Source: a bacterium
GTDB taxonomy: Bacteria; Electryoneota; Electryoneia; Electryoneales; Electryoneaceae
NCBI GenBank assembly: GCA_963669175.1
Contig: OY769902.1
Span: 3,552,001 to 3,616,000, forward strand
Direction of reading: 5' to 3'
Length of the DNA: 64,000 nucleotides
The notes under the pieces are model-generated. The model saw only the letters and a program-made list of their open reading frames with translations, made no database searches and had not been told where the DNA came from. A program made the position numbers and the translations under genes. This document shows positions 27,802-38,096 of this stretch, one piece after another. Position 1 is the first letter of the stretch, and each line of letters starts with the position of its first letter.

Positions 27802-30800
27802 ATGCAACGGGTGGGCCACATTCTGTTGTCAGTATTTGTATTCGCCCTGTTATCAGGAACAGGGTTCGCAAAAGGGGCGCTGGGCTATTACCAGTTCCCG
27901 GACATTCATGATGATCTGGTTGTATTTTCCGCTGAAGGCGACCTTTGGCAGAAGGATCTGACCGATGACGCCCCGGCGATTCGGCTGACACGTCATGATG
28001 GCGAAGAGAAATTCGCACGGATCAGCCCGGACGGAAACTGGATTGCCTTTACCGGCGAATATGACGGAAACCAGGACGTTTACCTGATCCCTGTTTACGG
28101 CGGCGCTCCGAAACGGCTGACCTTCCACCCCTTCGCAGATGAAGTGATCGGCTGGACCAAAGACAGCAAGCAGATCATTTTCCGTAGCGAGCGATTCCAG
28201 GCGATTGACCACATCAAGCTGTATACCGTACCGGTTGAAGGTGGCTATCCTACGGATATCGGCCTGGACAAAGCGTCACGCATCAGCTACAATCCTGCCG
28301 GCAACGATTTCGCTTATACGCGCATGATGCGCGAAGACCGTCCCAACAAGCGTTACAAGGGTGGCTGGGCGATGGATGTCTGGTATGGCGATTTGAACAC
28401 AATGCAGTTCAAGAAGCTGACTGATTTCGTCGGCACGGACAACTTCCCCATGTGGATCGGTGACCGTGTTTATTACCTGTCCGATCAAGCCGGTCGTGCC
28501 AACATCTTCAGCATGAAACCCGATGGCAGCGACCTGAAACAGCATACTTTCGAAGAGAAATGGGACATCCGTTATCCTGCAACCGACGGCAAGACCATTG
28601 TCTACCAGAAAGGCGCGGACATCTGGGCTTACGATGTTGCCGGTGGCAAGGAAAGTAAACTTAATATCGAACTTCCTTCCGACCAGTTTTTCTCACGTGA
28701 CCGTCGTATCGATGATCCGGAAGAGTATATCAGCGGCTTTAGTGTTCCTGACAATGGCAAGCGCATCTCCATCGCAGCTCGTGGTGAAGTCTTCACATTC
28801 CCGGTTGAGAAAAAGGGATACATCCGTCGCCTTACCAACAGCCCCGGTGCACGGGACAAGTACACCGCCTTCTCCCCCGATGGTAAGCAGGTTGCTATCA
28901 TGAGCGATGCTTCCGGTGAGATGGAAATCTGGCTGGTTCCTTCCGATGGAAGCGAAGCGCCGAAGCAGCTCACCAAAGGCGGCGACATGTGGCGCGCTTA
29001 TATGACCTGGTCGCCTGATGGAAAATGGCTCATGTTCACGGATAAAGCTTATGGCTTCTGGATTGCCAACGCCGAATCCGGAAAACTGACCCGCATCAAT
29101 GAAAAGACTGCGTGGGATGCCTACGGGGGCTGCTGGTCTCCTGATAGCAAATGGGTAGCCTGGATCGGTCAGGAAGAGAATGAACAGGATACGGATGTTT
29201 TCCTTTATAACATTGACACAAAGGAACGCTTTGAGTTCGACCGTCCCATGACATTGGAAACCGACGTGGACTGGGATCCGGATGGCAAGTATCTCTATTT
29301 CGTATCCGAGAACTACTACAATCCTTATCTCAGCGCACTCAACGAAACCTTTATCTACGACAAAACCTCCAAAGTTTATATCGCCCTGTTGAACAACGAG
29401 GTCGAGAATCCATTTGATCCTGTCCTGATCGAAGCTTATGAGGCAGAAGAAGAAAAGGACGAGGAGGCAGAGGAAGAAAAGGATGATGATGATGATGAAG
29501 AGGAAGATGAGTCCATCACAGTTGATCTGGATGGTTTGAGTAACCGCATCTATCCTGTTCCAATCGACGCGGCAAACATTGGTAGCTTGCTGGCGGTATC
29601 CGGCAAGCTCTATTACTCCACCCATGTTTCGGATGGCATGATGCCGGAAAGTTGGGATGGCAAGCATGCACTGCATGTGTTTGATGTTGAAGACCAGGAA
29701 TCCAAGGAAGTAACCTCAGATTATTATGGGGTAACCTTCAGCCCGGGTAAAGAAAAACTCCTGTTCCGGACCGGTGGCAGTAATTTCGTTGTTACCGATG
29801 CCGGCGTAGACAAGATACCCGACGAAGATGGTCATGTCAGCCTGGGTGGTTGGTCCTTTGAGATCGATCCACGCGATGAATGGCGTCAGATCCTGCGTGA
29901 AATCTGGCGCTGGCAGCGCGATTTCTTCTACGATCCAAACATGCACGGTGTTGACTGGGATGCTGTCTGGAAACTTTACAGTCCACTGATTGACCGCATG
30001 TCCAGCCGTGATGAACTGAACGATGTTATCAGCGAATTGATCGGCGAACTGGCAACCGGCCACGCTTATGTTTACGGTGGTGACCGTTTGCGGAGTAAAC
30101 ATTACAGCGTCGGCCAATTCGGCGCCGATATGGAAGCTACCGGCAAAGGCCCGATGCAAATCACGCATATCCTCTACGGGGATGGCTGGGGCGATGAGCC
30201 GGATTCACCCCTGAAAGGCAAAGTCAAAGAAGGTGAATATATCGTTGCGGTCGATGGAACAGCCCTCACCCCTGCGACCAACATCTTCGAACTCTTGCAG
30301 GACAAGGCAGGTAAAGAGGTTCTGCTTACTGTAAACGATAAACCTTCCGACAAAGACGCTCGCGAGGTTCTGGTCAAAACACTTGGCAGCGAGCACCGGC
30401 TGCGTTACCTGGATTGGGTACGTGTGCGTCGTGAATATGTCGACAAGAAATCCGGCGGTAAAATCGGTTACGTCCACATGCCGGACATGGGCAGCATGGG
30501 CTTGTCCATGTGGGGCCGCATGTACTATCCCCAGATTGAGAAGAAAGCGCTGTTGATTGATGTTCGCTACAACCACGGCGGTTTTATTGCGACTATGGCC
30601 CTGAACCAGCTTCAGCATAAGGTCTGGGCGGTTGGTAAGGGACGCGATGGTGAAATCGGACGTACTCCTGGCGATGCTTTTTATGGCCCCAAAGCGGCGC
30701 TTTGCTGCCATGAAACCTGGTCCGATGGCGAGACCTTCAGCGAAGGCTTCAAGCGATTGGGCCTGGGCAAACTCATCGGCACCCGCACCTGGGGCGGCTG

Positions 30801-31089
30801 GGTCGGCATTCGTGGCGGACGTGGCACAGTAGACCATGGTGGTAACACACAACCCGAATTCTCCGGGTGGGGCGCATTTGACGGGAAATGGCTGATTGAA
30901 GGTCCAGGTGTCTCCCCCGACCTCGAAGTCGAAGCCATGCCGGCAGATATGATCCGTGGCGAGGACAAGCAGCTTGACGCCGGGATCGACTACCTGCTGA
31001 ACGAGCTGAAAGACAAGAACAAGTGGCCGGATTTCCATCCACTTCCGAAATACCCGGTCAAGAGCTTGCAGATCAACCATTTGAAGTAA
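27802..31089 (+). CDS. Tricorn protease homologue (S41)
   Basis: Signal peptide, beta-propeller (SPDG) repeats, PDZ region, GYVHMPDM, DVRYNHGG, SDGE, IGTRTWGG, EGPGVSPD. Confidence 0.95.
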   Translation: MQRVGHILLSVFVFALLSGTGFAKGALGYYQFPDIHDDLVVFSAEGDLWQKDLTDDAPAIRLTRHDGEEKFARISPDGNWIAFTGEYDGNQDVYLIPVYGGAPKRLTFHPFADEVIGWTKDSKQIIFRSERFQAIDHIKLYTVPVEGGYPTDIGLDKASRISYNPAGNDFAYTRMMREDRPNKRYKGGWAMDVWYGDLNTMQFKKLTDFVGTDNFPMWIGDRVYYLSDQAGRANIFSMKPDGSDLKQHTFEEKWDIRYPATDGKTIVYQKGADIWAYDVAGGKESKLNIELPSDQFFSRDRRIDDPEEYISGFSVPDNGKRISIAARGEVFTFPVEKKGYIRRLTNSPGARDKYTAFSPDGKQVAIMSDASGEMEIWLVPSDGSEAPKQLTKGGDMWRAYMTWSPDGKWLMFTDKAYGFWIANAESGKLTRINEKTAWDAYGGCWSPDSKWVAWIGQEENEQDTDVFLYNIDTKERFEFDRPMTLETDVDWDPDGKYLYFVSENYYNPYLSALNETFIYDKTSKVYIALLNNEVENPFDPVLIEAYEAEEEKDEEAEEEKDDDDDEEEDESITVDLDGLSNRIYPVPIDAANIGSLLAVSGKLYYSTHVSDGMMPESWDGKHALHVFDVEDQESKEVTSDYYGVTFSPGKEKLLFRTGGSNFVVTDAGVDKIPDEDGHVSLGGWSFEIDPRDEWRQILREIWRWQRDFFYDPNMHGVDWDAVWKLYSPLIDRMSSRDELNDVISELIGELATGHAYVYGGDRLRSKHYSVGQFGADMEATGKGPMQITHILYGDGWGDEPDSPLKGKVKEGEYIVAVDGTALTPATNIFELLQDKAGKEVLLTVNDKPSDKDAREVLVKTLGSEHRLRYLDWVRVRREYVDKKSGGKIGYVHMPDMGSMGLSMWGRMYYPQIEKKALLIDVRYNHGGFIATMALNQLQHKVWAVGKGRDGEIGRTPGDAFYGPKAALCCHETWSDGETFSEGFKRLGLGKLIGTRTWGGWVGIRGGRGTVDHGGNTQPEFSGWGAFDGKWLIEGPGVSPDLEVEAMPADMIRGEDKQLDAGIDYLLNELKDKNKWPDFHPLPKYPVKSLQINHLK

Positions 31090-31266
31090 TACAGTTGCGT
31101 TGTACGATTTATTATATCCCGCTGGTGAATGTCTGTTACATTTGCCAGCGGTTTTTACTGACTGGGATGATTATTCAAATATTAGTTCAGCCATGCATTT
31201 CAAAACATTGAATCGGCCAAGTCCAGCATGTTATCTTGAATTTTCGATTACAGATCAGAGGTGCAA

Positions 31267-32454
31267 ATGCAGGAAACACAGAAACCGCCAATTCCCGAAA
31301 ATGTTGCAACAGAAGAAACTGCGGGGCAACATTCCAATGCGTTCGGCAGACGATTCCTTCTGGTGCTGGTAATCCTGCTCCTGATCAGTTTCCTGTATGT
31401 TGTCCGTGCTTTCATCATCCCGGTCTTGACGGCTGGTGTATTTGCAGGTCTGTTCTACCCGCTTTACCGATGGTTCCTGAAGCTGTTCAAGCAGAAAAAA
31501 AGCCTTGCCTCCATTATTACATGCCTGGTTTTATTACTCGGCCTGATCATCCCGCTTGTCTTTATCGGGAAGATGGTTGCAGACGAAGCCATTACCCTGT
31601 ATAACACGGCTGAAACAAAGATTGAGATGATTGTTCAGCAGGGCGAACAAGGACCATTGGGATGGGTAAAGGAACACTGGCCCAAGGACTTGATCAAGCT
31701 GGAAGATGTCGAATGGCAGCAGTATATCGGTAAAGCTGCCTCAACAGCAGGACAGGTTATTGCAACCGTATTGAACAGCACCTGGCAGAATGCGCTTGGC
31801 TTTATCATTCAACTCGCAATTATTGTGTTCACCATGTACTATTTCTTCATGGATGGCGGCACATTGTTGAAACGCCTGAAATACCTCTCTCCACTTGAAG
31901 ACCGCCAGGAAGATATGCTGTACAAGCGGTTCGCTTCAGTATCAAAAGCCACGATCAAAGGATCACTTCTGATAGGCGTTATCCAGGGGGGACTAGGCGG
32001 GCTTGCCATGGTTATCACCGGTGTGGACTCCGTCATTCTCTGGTCGGTGATCATGGTAATCTTATCTGTCATCCCTCTATTGGGTGCAGGCCTGATATTG
32101 ATCCCGGCTGGCATCATTCAGTTAATCCAGGGTGATATCTGGCAGGGAATCGTGTTGATTCTGACTCAGCTTATTATCGTTTCCAATATTGATAACCTGT
32201 TGCGCCCACGTTTCATCGGCAGGGATGCAAAGATGCACGACTTGCTGATTCTGTTCTCCACCCTCGGCGGAATTACCGCATTTGGTATGATGGGCTTTAT
32301 CGTCGGTCCCATCCTGTGTGCCATGTTGTTGACTGCGCTGGAGATTTATGGCATGGAGTTCCGTGACCAACTGGAATATACTCTTACAGGAATAGATGAC
32401 AGCAGCGACACCGATACCGAGTCAGATGAACAGACAATGACCGTTTTGAAATGA
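31267..32454 (+). CDS. AI-2E family transporter
   Basis: YYFFMDG, IDNLLRP, STLGGITAFGMMGFIVGP. Confidence 0.92.
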   Translation: MQETQKPPIPENVATEETAGQHSNAFGRRFLLVLVILLLISFLYVVRAFIIPVLTAGVFAGLFYPLYRWFLKLFKQKKSLASIITCLVLLLGLIIPLVFIGKMVADEAITLYNTAETKIEMIVQQGEQGPLGWVKEHWPKDLIKLEDVEWQQYIGKAASTAGQVIATVLNSTWQNALGFIIQLAIIVFTMYYFFMDGGTLLKRLKYLSPLEDRQEDMLYKRFASVSKATIKGSLLIGVIQGGLGGLAMVITGVDSVILWSVIMVILSVIPLLGAGLILIPAGIIQLIQGDIWQGIVLILTQLIIVSNIDNLLRPRFIGRDAKMHDLLILFSTLGGITAFGMMGFIVGPILCAMLLTALEIYGMEFRDQLEYTLTGIDDSSDTDTESDEQTMTVLK

Positions 32455-32730
32455 AACTCTATTTTCTCCAGAGTTTGTTTTTACCACATTCCCCGAATCC
32501 ATGCAATAAATGCTCGTCAAGCATGATCTGATTGATTCTCTTCCTCAAAAAAAGGATTTCTCCATCTTCTACTCCTTATCTCAGACCGCATGATAGTTTA
32601 TTGTATTTCAATAGTATACAAATTCTATCTGATATTTTCTCAAAATATATTGCCTTGCGCTATTAGTATTTCATAGTCACTGGTACAATCCTGATGATGA
32701 GAATCTGGTTTCTCTGCTCTCCTCCATTTC

Positions 32731-32746
32731 TGGCAAAATTATTGCA
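32731..32746 (+). promoter_or_regulatory. Sigma54-type promoter upstream of S8 peptidase
   Basis: TGGCAAAATTATTGCA = TGGC-N7-TTGCA. Confidence 0.55.
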
Positions 32747-32853
32747 ATCGTTGCATGCCAGCCTGATTTTTGCGAGAAGACTGCCGTATCTTCAAGATCA
32801 TGCATTTTTGAGATTGATGTCTGTCAGGACGACAGATTAACCAGGGGAGAACC

Positions 32854-34743
32854 ATGGAAAGAAGAAAGCTGTTCACTGCCTTTCGCTGGGGGATGCTGCC
32901 CATTCTGCCAGTGATGTTATTGCTTGTCATTGGATGTGGCAAACAGGGCGCCGGGAAGCCAAAAATTGAGAAGCTGGATGATTTGCCGCGTTATACCTAT
33001 ACCATTGACAAGCCAGTCATGGAAGTGCTTGATGATGAAGCCGCTTTGCAGACCTTGATGGCTGCGGTAAAGAAAGACCTGTTGAATGATCTGAACACCT
33101 ATGATATCGTAGACAAGACCACTCTGAAAAGTTATTACTCCACCTTGGCCCAAATTGCCCTTATCGAAGGTGATGACAAAACGTACATGACTTATTCGGA
33201 CAAAGCGCGAGCGCTCGAAGAAAAAGAACCGGCCAAGTTGATGATGGGCATGTTCGGACGCGCTTTGATCGCCGAACGTAAAGCCACAGAGAATGGTAGC
33301 GAAGTATTCAGGAAGAGCTACCAGGAATCTGTGGATAATCTTTCCTACGAAGTCTGCCAGGACGAGCTGAAGAGCACCAAGGGCCAGCTGGAAATTATCT
33401 CGGCCAACTTGTTGCAGGGTGTTGTTGAAGCCCAGCTCCAGCCTGTATTGGACCAGAGTAATGGTGAGATGAGCAAGGACATCGCTGTCGGTATTCTTGG
33501 CATGTATCATACCATGCACAATGTCATTCCACGTAAAGACATCATGCATGATGTACTGGCTGCTTACCTGGCCAAGGTGCCCGAAGATATCAAGCCCGAC
33601 ATCTGGGCCGAACGTCAGGTCGTGCTGAGCAAGAAGGATAAAGGTAAACCTGTCGTCGTAGCGGTCTGGGACAGCGGTGCAGACTTTGATGTCTTCAAGT
33701 CCAGCATGTGGACCAACGACAAGGAAAAACCGGGTAACGGCAAAGATGATGACGGTAACGGCTTCATTGATGACGTACACGGTATCGGCTTTACCCTCCA
33801 CGCAGACAAGACGGCTGATCCCCTCTACCCCATCGGTGATGTCGCGGATCGTCCCCGTCTCCAGATGCTGATGAAGGGTCTTATTGACATGCAGTCCAAC
33901 ATCGAGAGCGATGAAGCTTCCAAGCTGAAGCAAATCGTCTCCCAGATGCAGCCCGATGAAGTGAAGCCTTTCATGGAAGACATCAGCAAGTATGGCAACT
34001 ACTGCCACGGCACCCATGTTGCCGGCATTGCACTGCGTGATAATCCTTTCGCCGAATTGCTTTACGCGCGGATGACCTTCGGTCATACCATGATTCCGGA
34101 ACTTCCGACCATCGAACAGGCCCGTAAGGACAGTGCGATGTACATTGAAACCGTGAATTATTTCAAAGATCACGGTGTACGTGTTGTCAACATGAGCTGG
34201 GGCGGCAGCCTCGCCGGTGTTGAAGGCGCCCTGGAGATGAACAACGCCGGTGGCACCCCGGAAGAACGCAAAGCCCTGGCACGCAAGATCTATGAGATCA
34301 GCGTTGCCGGTCTGAAGAATGCTATCAAGAGCGCCCCGGAAATCCTGTTCGTAACCTCCGCAGGAAACTCGGATAACGATGTCGTATTCGAAGAAGTTTA
34401 CCCCAGCTCGATGGACTATCCCAACATCATGTCCGTTGGCGCTGTGGACCAGGCAGGTGAAGAAACCGGCTTTACCAGTTTCGGAAAGGTCGATGTCTAC
34501 GCCAATGGTTTCGAGGTGTTGAGTTTTGTTCCCGGTGGCGACGAGATGAAGCTTTCCGGAACCAGCCAGGCCTCGCCGAATGTGACCAACCTGGCAGCCA
34601 AGCTCTGGGCGATGAACCCCGATCTGACCGTAGCACAGGTGCGCAGCCTGATCGTGGATTCAGCGGATGAACGTAAGGCAGGAGAGCGTTCGGTCAAGCT
34701 GATGAATCCAAAGAAGTCGTTTGAGATGCTGAATAAGATGTAA
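32854..34743 (+). CDS. S8 (subtilisin-like) serine peptidase lipoprotein
   Basis: Lipobox VIGC; VAVWDSG, HGTHVAG, SAGN, SGTSQASP. Confidence 0.92.
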   Translation: MERRKLFTAFRWGMLPILPVMLLLVIGCGKQGAGKPKIEKLDDLPRYTYTIDKPVMEVLDDEAALQTLMAAVKKDLLNDLNTYDIVDKTTLKSYYSTLAQIALIEGDDKTYMTYSDKARALEEKEPAKLMMGMFGRALIAERKATENGSEVFRKSYQESVDNLSYEVCQDELKSTKGQLEIISANLLQGVVEAQLQPVLDQSNGEMSKDIAVGILGMYHTMHNVIPRKDIMHDVLAAYLAKVPEDIKPDIWAERQVVLSKKDKGKPVVVAVWDSGADFDVFKSSMWTNDKEKPGNGKDDDGNGFIDDVHGIGFTLHADKTADPLYPIGDVADRPRLQMLMKGLIDMQSNIESDEASKLKQIVSQMQPDEVKPFMEDISKYGNYCHGTHVAGIALRDNPFAELLYARMTFGHTMIPELPTIEQARKDSAMYIETVNYFKDHGVRVVNMSWGGSLAGVEGALEMNNAGGTPEERKALARKIYEISVAGLKNAIKSAPEILFVTSAGNSDNDVVFEEVYPSSMDYPNIMSVGAVDQAGEETGFTSFGKVDVYANGFEVLSFVPGGDEMKLSGTSQASPNVTNLAAKLWAMNPDLTVAQVRSLIVDSADERKAGERSVKLMNPKKSFEMLNKM

Positions 34744-34764
34744 ACCTGCATCTTTCAGATATAG

Positions 34765-34807
34765 AAAACCCCCGGCAGTGTTCAGACACTATCGGGGGTT
34801 TTTATTT
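34765..34807. terminator. Bidirectional intrinsic terminator
   Basis: AAAACCCCCGG...TCGGGGGTTTTT. Confidence 0.75.
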
Positions 34808-34820
34808 ACTTGTCCTACCT

Positions 34821-35237
34821 TCAGTTGGGTGATTCCCACCTGAATCCCTCGACCGGTTCCTCGCCACGCAACAACCAGTTTGCGACCTGTACCGGCCAGT
34901 CCGGCATATGAGAGATGGGAAAAAACCGTTCCGAACCACTCACACCTGACTCTTTACAGATTTCCAGCAGTTGATTCTGAAGCATCGGATTGCTGAATAC
35001 AACCGCAAATCGCTCCATACCATACCGTTTGTACACCTTCTGCACATCACACATAAGCGGATACGCATCAAGCCCCAGTTGCTTCAGGGTACGTAAATCA
35101 GCGAGAACATGGAAATGCTTACTTGTTTTTGGTAAGTGCGTTTCACATTCACCCAGCCACAACCTGACATCAGAGGCACAAACGAAACCACTGAGAACCA
35201 CACGGTAACCGTACTCGGTTTCTTCAACCTGAATCAT
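34821..35237 (-). CDS. Hypothetical protein (STAS/SpoIIAA-like fold possible)
   Basis: RBS AGAGG; LSGFV, FHVLADLR and ERFAVV pattern. Confidence 0.6.
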   Translation of the reverse strand: MIQVEETEYGYRVVLSGFVCASDVRLWLGECETHLPKTSKHFHVLADLRTLKQLGLDAYPLMCDVQKVYKRYGMERFAVVFSNPMLQNQLLEICKESGVSGSERFFPISHMPDWPVQVANWLLRGEEPVEGFRWESPN

Positions 35238-35584
35238 GTCAACCTCTAAAATCTTGCTAACCACATAGAAGCTACTATTCAATAGGTTCTTTTCCATGTG
35301 ACCAGCATCACATAAAACTGCCCTACTAACTCCCCTAATGAATACACGTTAGCTATTCACTAACGCTCGCAATATAGAAGACGCACCCCATACTGTAAAT
35401 AGCAATATTTTACATACCCTCTTCTTTTGAGCTTTCGCTAAGGGACTGTAATTATAGAAAGAAGATGATATAAAGAGACTCCGGCTCAGAATATTAACGA
35501 AGCAAAAAATCCCCGCAGCACCATGTTGAATTTTACATTCTTGATAGCTCACAAATATTTATGCAACATGTTATAAGTCAAGTT

Positions 35585-35812
35585 GCGTCAGGTCTTGATG
35601 TGATGCTGGTTTCCTGTTCTGAAGCAGTCCGAAGGCTAACGATGATCGTCGTTTTTCCGTTTGGGAGAAGTCCCATACATCACATTGTGACCTGACGTCG
35701 GCTCTGAAACACGTGGCAGGTCACAACGCGATGTCTGTATTGTGTAGAGCAATCTCATCGACCAACACATGCTAACAGTAGAGCATAATCATATCGCGCC
35801 AAGACCTGCCAC
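35585..35812. repeat. Four alternately oriented ~21-bp REP-like repeats
   Basis: GCGTCAGGTCTTGATGTGATG (35585), CATCACATTGTGACCTGACGT (35678), GTGGCAGGTCACAACGCGATG (35713), ATCGCGCCAAGACCTGCCAC (35793). Confidence 0.75.
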
Positions 35813-35881
35813 AACGCTACCTCAGTGCATAAATTCTTGTGAGGAACCCAATTCTTTCATCACAGTCTACAGGAGGAAAAG

Positions 35882-36850
35882 ATGGATTATACGTATCTCG
35901 GTAGAACCGGCTTGAAGGTTTCACGAATCTGTCTTGGCACCATGAATTTTGGTCACTATACCACGGAATCCGATAGTCATACCATCATGGATCGTTCGTT
36001 AGAACTCGGTGTAAACTTCTTCGACACAGCGAATGTGTATGGTGGCGATAAAGGACGTGGCACGACAGAGGAATACATCGGACGCTGGCTGGCGCATGGC
36101 GGAAAACGTGAGAAAATCGTTCTCGCCACAAAGGTATACGGAACCATGTCGGATGAACTGAATGACGGTAAACTTTCTGCTTATCACATCCGTAAGGCCT
36201 GTGAAGACAGCCTGCGACGCATGAAGACGGATCATATCGATTTGTACCAGATGCATCATGTGGATCGCAATACACCATGGGACGAGATCTGGCAAGCCAT
36301 GGAACAACTGGTGCGTGAAGGGAAAGTTCTGTACGTGGGCAGCAGCAATTTTGCCGGTTGGCATATTGTCCAAGCGAATGAGATTGCCAGGCAACGGAAT
36401 TTCCTGGGGATTGTCAGCGAACAAAGCCTGTACAGCCTGATGAAGCGTGAGGTTGAATCGGATCTGGTGCCGGCATGTGAAGCGTACGGTGTGGGCATTA
36501 TTCCCTGGAGTCCGATTGGCGGCGGCATGCTGGGCGGTGTGCTGAAGAAACTCGCGGACGGACGTCGCACGCAGAAGGAATTTCTGGAACGATTGGAAAA
36601 GGTTCGACCACAAGTTGAACAGTATGAAGCGTTATGCCAGGAGATTGGTGTTGCGCCTGCCGATGTGGCTATAGCATGGCTTTTGAATAATCCTGCGGTT
36701 ACCTCCCCTATTGTCGGTCCCAGGACTTTAGAACAACTGGAGCAGAATGTTCGCGCTGCCGAAGTGAAACTGGATGATGAAACGCTGAAGAAACTGGATG
36801 AGATCTGGCCCGGACCGGGCGGTCCAGCGCCGGAGTGTTATGCCTGGTGA
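35882..36850 (+). CDS. Aldo/keto reductase
   Basis: LGRTGLKVSRICLGTM, FDTANVY, VLATK, IDLYQMH, YVGSSN, PWSP. Confidence 0.96.
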   Translation: MDYTYLGRTGLKVSRICLGTMNFGHYTTESDSHTIMDRSLELGVNFFDTANVYGGDKGRGTTEEYIGRWLAHGGKREKIVLATKVYGTMSDELNDGKLSAYHIRKACEDSLRRMKTDHIDLYQMHHVDRNTPWDEIWQAMEQLVREGKVLYVGSSNFAGWHIVQANEIARQRNFLGIVSEQSLYSLMKREVESDLVPACEAYGVGIIPWSPIGGGMLGGVLKKLADGRRTQKEFLERLEKVRPQVEQYEALCQEIGVAPADVAIAWLLNNPAVTSPIVGPRTLEQLEQNVRAAEVKLDDETLKKLDEIWPGPGGPAPECYAW

Positions 36851-36872
36851 GAAGCGGGTAAAAAGAGTGTGA

Positions 36873-36918
36873 AAAGCGAAGTGGACTTCGACAATACGGA
36901 TCGAAGTCCACTTCTTTC
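36873..36918. terminator. Intrinsic terminator between convergent genes
   Basis: GAAGTGGACTTCGA-loop-TCGAAGTCCACTTCTTT. Confidence 0.75.
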
Positions 36919-36997
36919 ATCACTGCCATCGACAGTCAACTCTTCCTCTATGATCACAATCATCCTATCCTCCTATTGCTGGTTTATGGTTGTGAAT

Positions 36998-37354
36998 CTA
37001 CTTTGAAAATGCCTGCTGCTCGTCAATACACCCTCGTGACAACGCTTCACGCAGTAACGGTTTGAAGCCTTTACGCTTGAAATACAGCGCTGCATAGTTG
37101 CGTTGAATCTGTACACCACGGAACAGGTAATACTTCAAACGCTGAACACCTTCCCGTGTTTCCACCAGGCTTAACGCGTAGTCGATCAGTTTGCAGGTCA
37201 CAAAATTCGGATCATCCCGTAATATTGCCATGAGATGATCGATGTCCTGCTTCCTGCCGATTTGTGCGTACTCGCGCAAGTCCATCAGGTTCTGTTTCCC
37301 TGCTACTGGCGGGCTGTTCCCCGCATTCTGCACCATCTGCCCAACATGACACAT
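36998..37354 (-). CDS. Uncharacterised helical protein (118 aa)
   Basis: Strong RBS AAAGGAG before ATG 37354; no recognisable domain. Confidence 0.75.
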   Translation of the reverse strand: MCHVGQMVQNAGNSPPVAGKQNLMDLREYAQIGRKQDIDHLMAILRDDPNFVTCKLIDYALSLVETREGVQRLKYYLFRGVQIQRNYAALYFKRKGFKPLLREALSRGCIDEQQAFSK

Positions 37355-37391
37355 GGTTTTCTCCTTTCTCCTGTTTCCCTGAATCGGGATG

Positions 37392-37429
37392 AAATGAAAA
37401 ACCCTCACCGCCGCGAAGCAGTGAGGGTT
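37392..37429 (-). terminator. Terminator/attenuator in 5' leader of the 37354 gene
   Basis: Minus strand AACCCTCACTGC-TTCGCG-GCGGTGAGGGTTTTTCATTT, ending about 25 nt before the RBS. Confidence 0.75.
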
Positions 37430-37454
37430 GAATTGCCTGAAACTGTGTTACAGG

Positions 37455-37568
37455 TTAATTGATACGCCTCCCCATTTCGAGCAGAGTCCACTTTTGGCAG
37501 CCGCTGACTACGACTGCGCTGGGATCAACGCCGATCAGACGAATTCTATTTTCTTGTGCGATTACCAT
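37455..37568 (-). CDS. Candidate leaderless leader peptide (37 aa)
   Basis: MVIAQENRIRLIGVDPSAVVVSGCQKWTLLEMGRRIN; ATG 7 nt after TATACT; followed by terminator. Confidence 0.5.
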   Translation of the reverse strand: MVIAQENRIRLIGVDPSAVVVSGCQKWTLLEMGRRIN

Positions 37569-37575
37569 GGCGCCA

Positions 37576-37605
37576 AGTATAAGACCACGAACTTGGTAAA
37601 CGCAA
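37576..37605 (-). promoter_or_regulatory. Sigma70 promoter
   Basis: Minus strand TTGCGT-N18-TATACT. Confidence 0.6.
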
Positions 37606-37733
37606 GAAGCCGAGAGCCAATACTGACAAGCTTTTCCGTCACTTCCCATGACTTTCTGTCTTTATATTCTTTTTCAGCAAAACAATTCAGGCAGATTCTC
37701 GGGTTCTAAAGTTTCAAAACACAGGAGATAAAG

Positions 37734-38096
37734 ATGATTCAATACATGATGGCGCCCACGACCATCCCGGCAGCAGGCGAACCACCAAAACTGATCCAGG
37801 AATTTTTCGGCCGTGTCAATTCAAAGACAGAACAAGTCAGCATTGCACGTATGGTCAGTCCCCAGGGATGGGTAGAGCCGGGTCAGACGCCAGAGTTTGA
37901 TGAGTACACACTGGTGCTGAAAGGATCGTTATCTGTGGAGACGAAAAACGGCACCTTCAAGGTTGGCGCAGGGCAGGCAATGCTGATCGGGAAAGGTGAA
38001 TGGGTGCAGTACAGCTCACCCGATGAAGGTGGCGCGGAATATGTCGCGATCTGTATGCCTGCCTTCTCCCCCGACACGGTTCATCGTGATGAATAG
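37734..38096 (+). CDS. Cupin domain protein (EutQ-like)
   Basis: KLIQEFFGRVNS, GWVEPGQTPEFDEY, PAFSPDTVHRD; RBS AGGAG. Confidence 0.88.
   Translation: MIQYMMAPTTIPAAGEPPKLIQEFFGRVNSKTEQVSIARMVSPQGWVEPGQTPEFDEYTLVLKGSLSVETKNGTFKVGAGQAMLIGKGEWVQYSSPDEGGAEYVAICMPAFSPDTVHRDE

Noticed and set aside
29437-29512. GAN-rich repeat in tricorn gene
   Set aside because: Encodes an ordinary acidic linker in frame.
32917-34173. Long antisense ORFs (also 28693-29676, 30205-31080, 55541-56659, 16106-16897)
   Set aside because: Shadows of strongly codon-biased genes on the opposite strand; no motifs.
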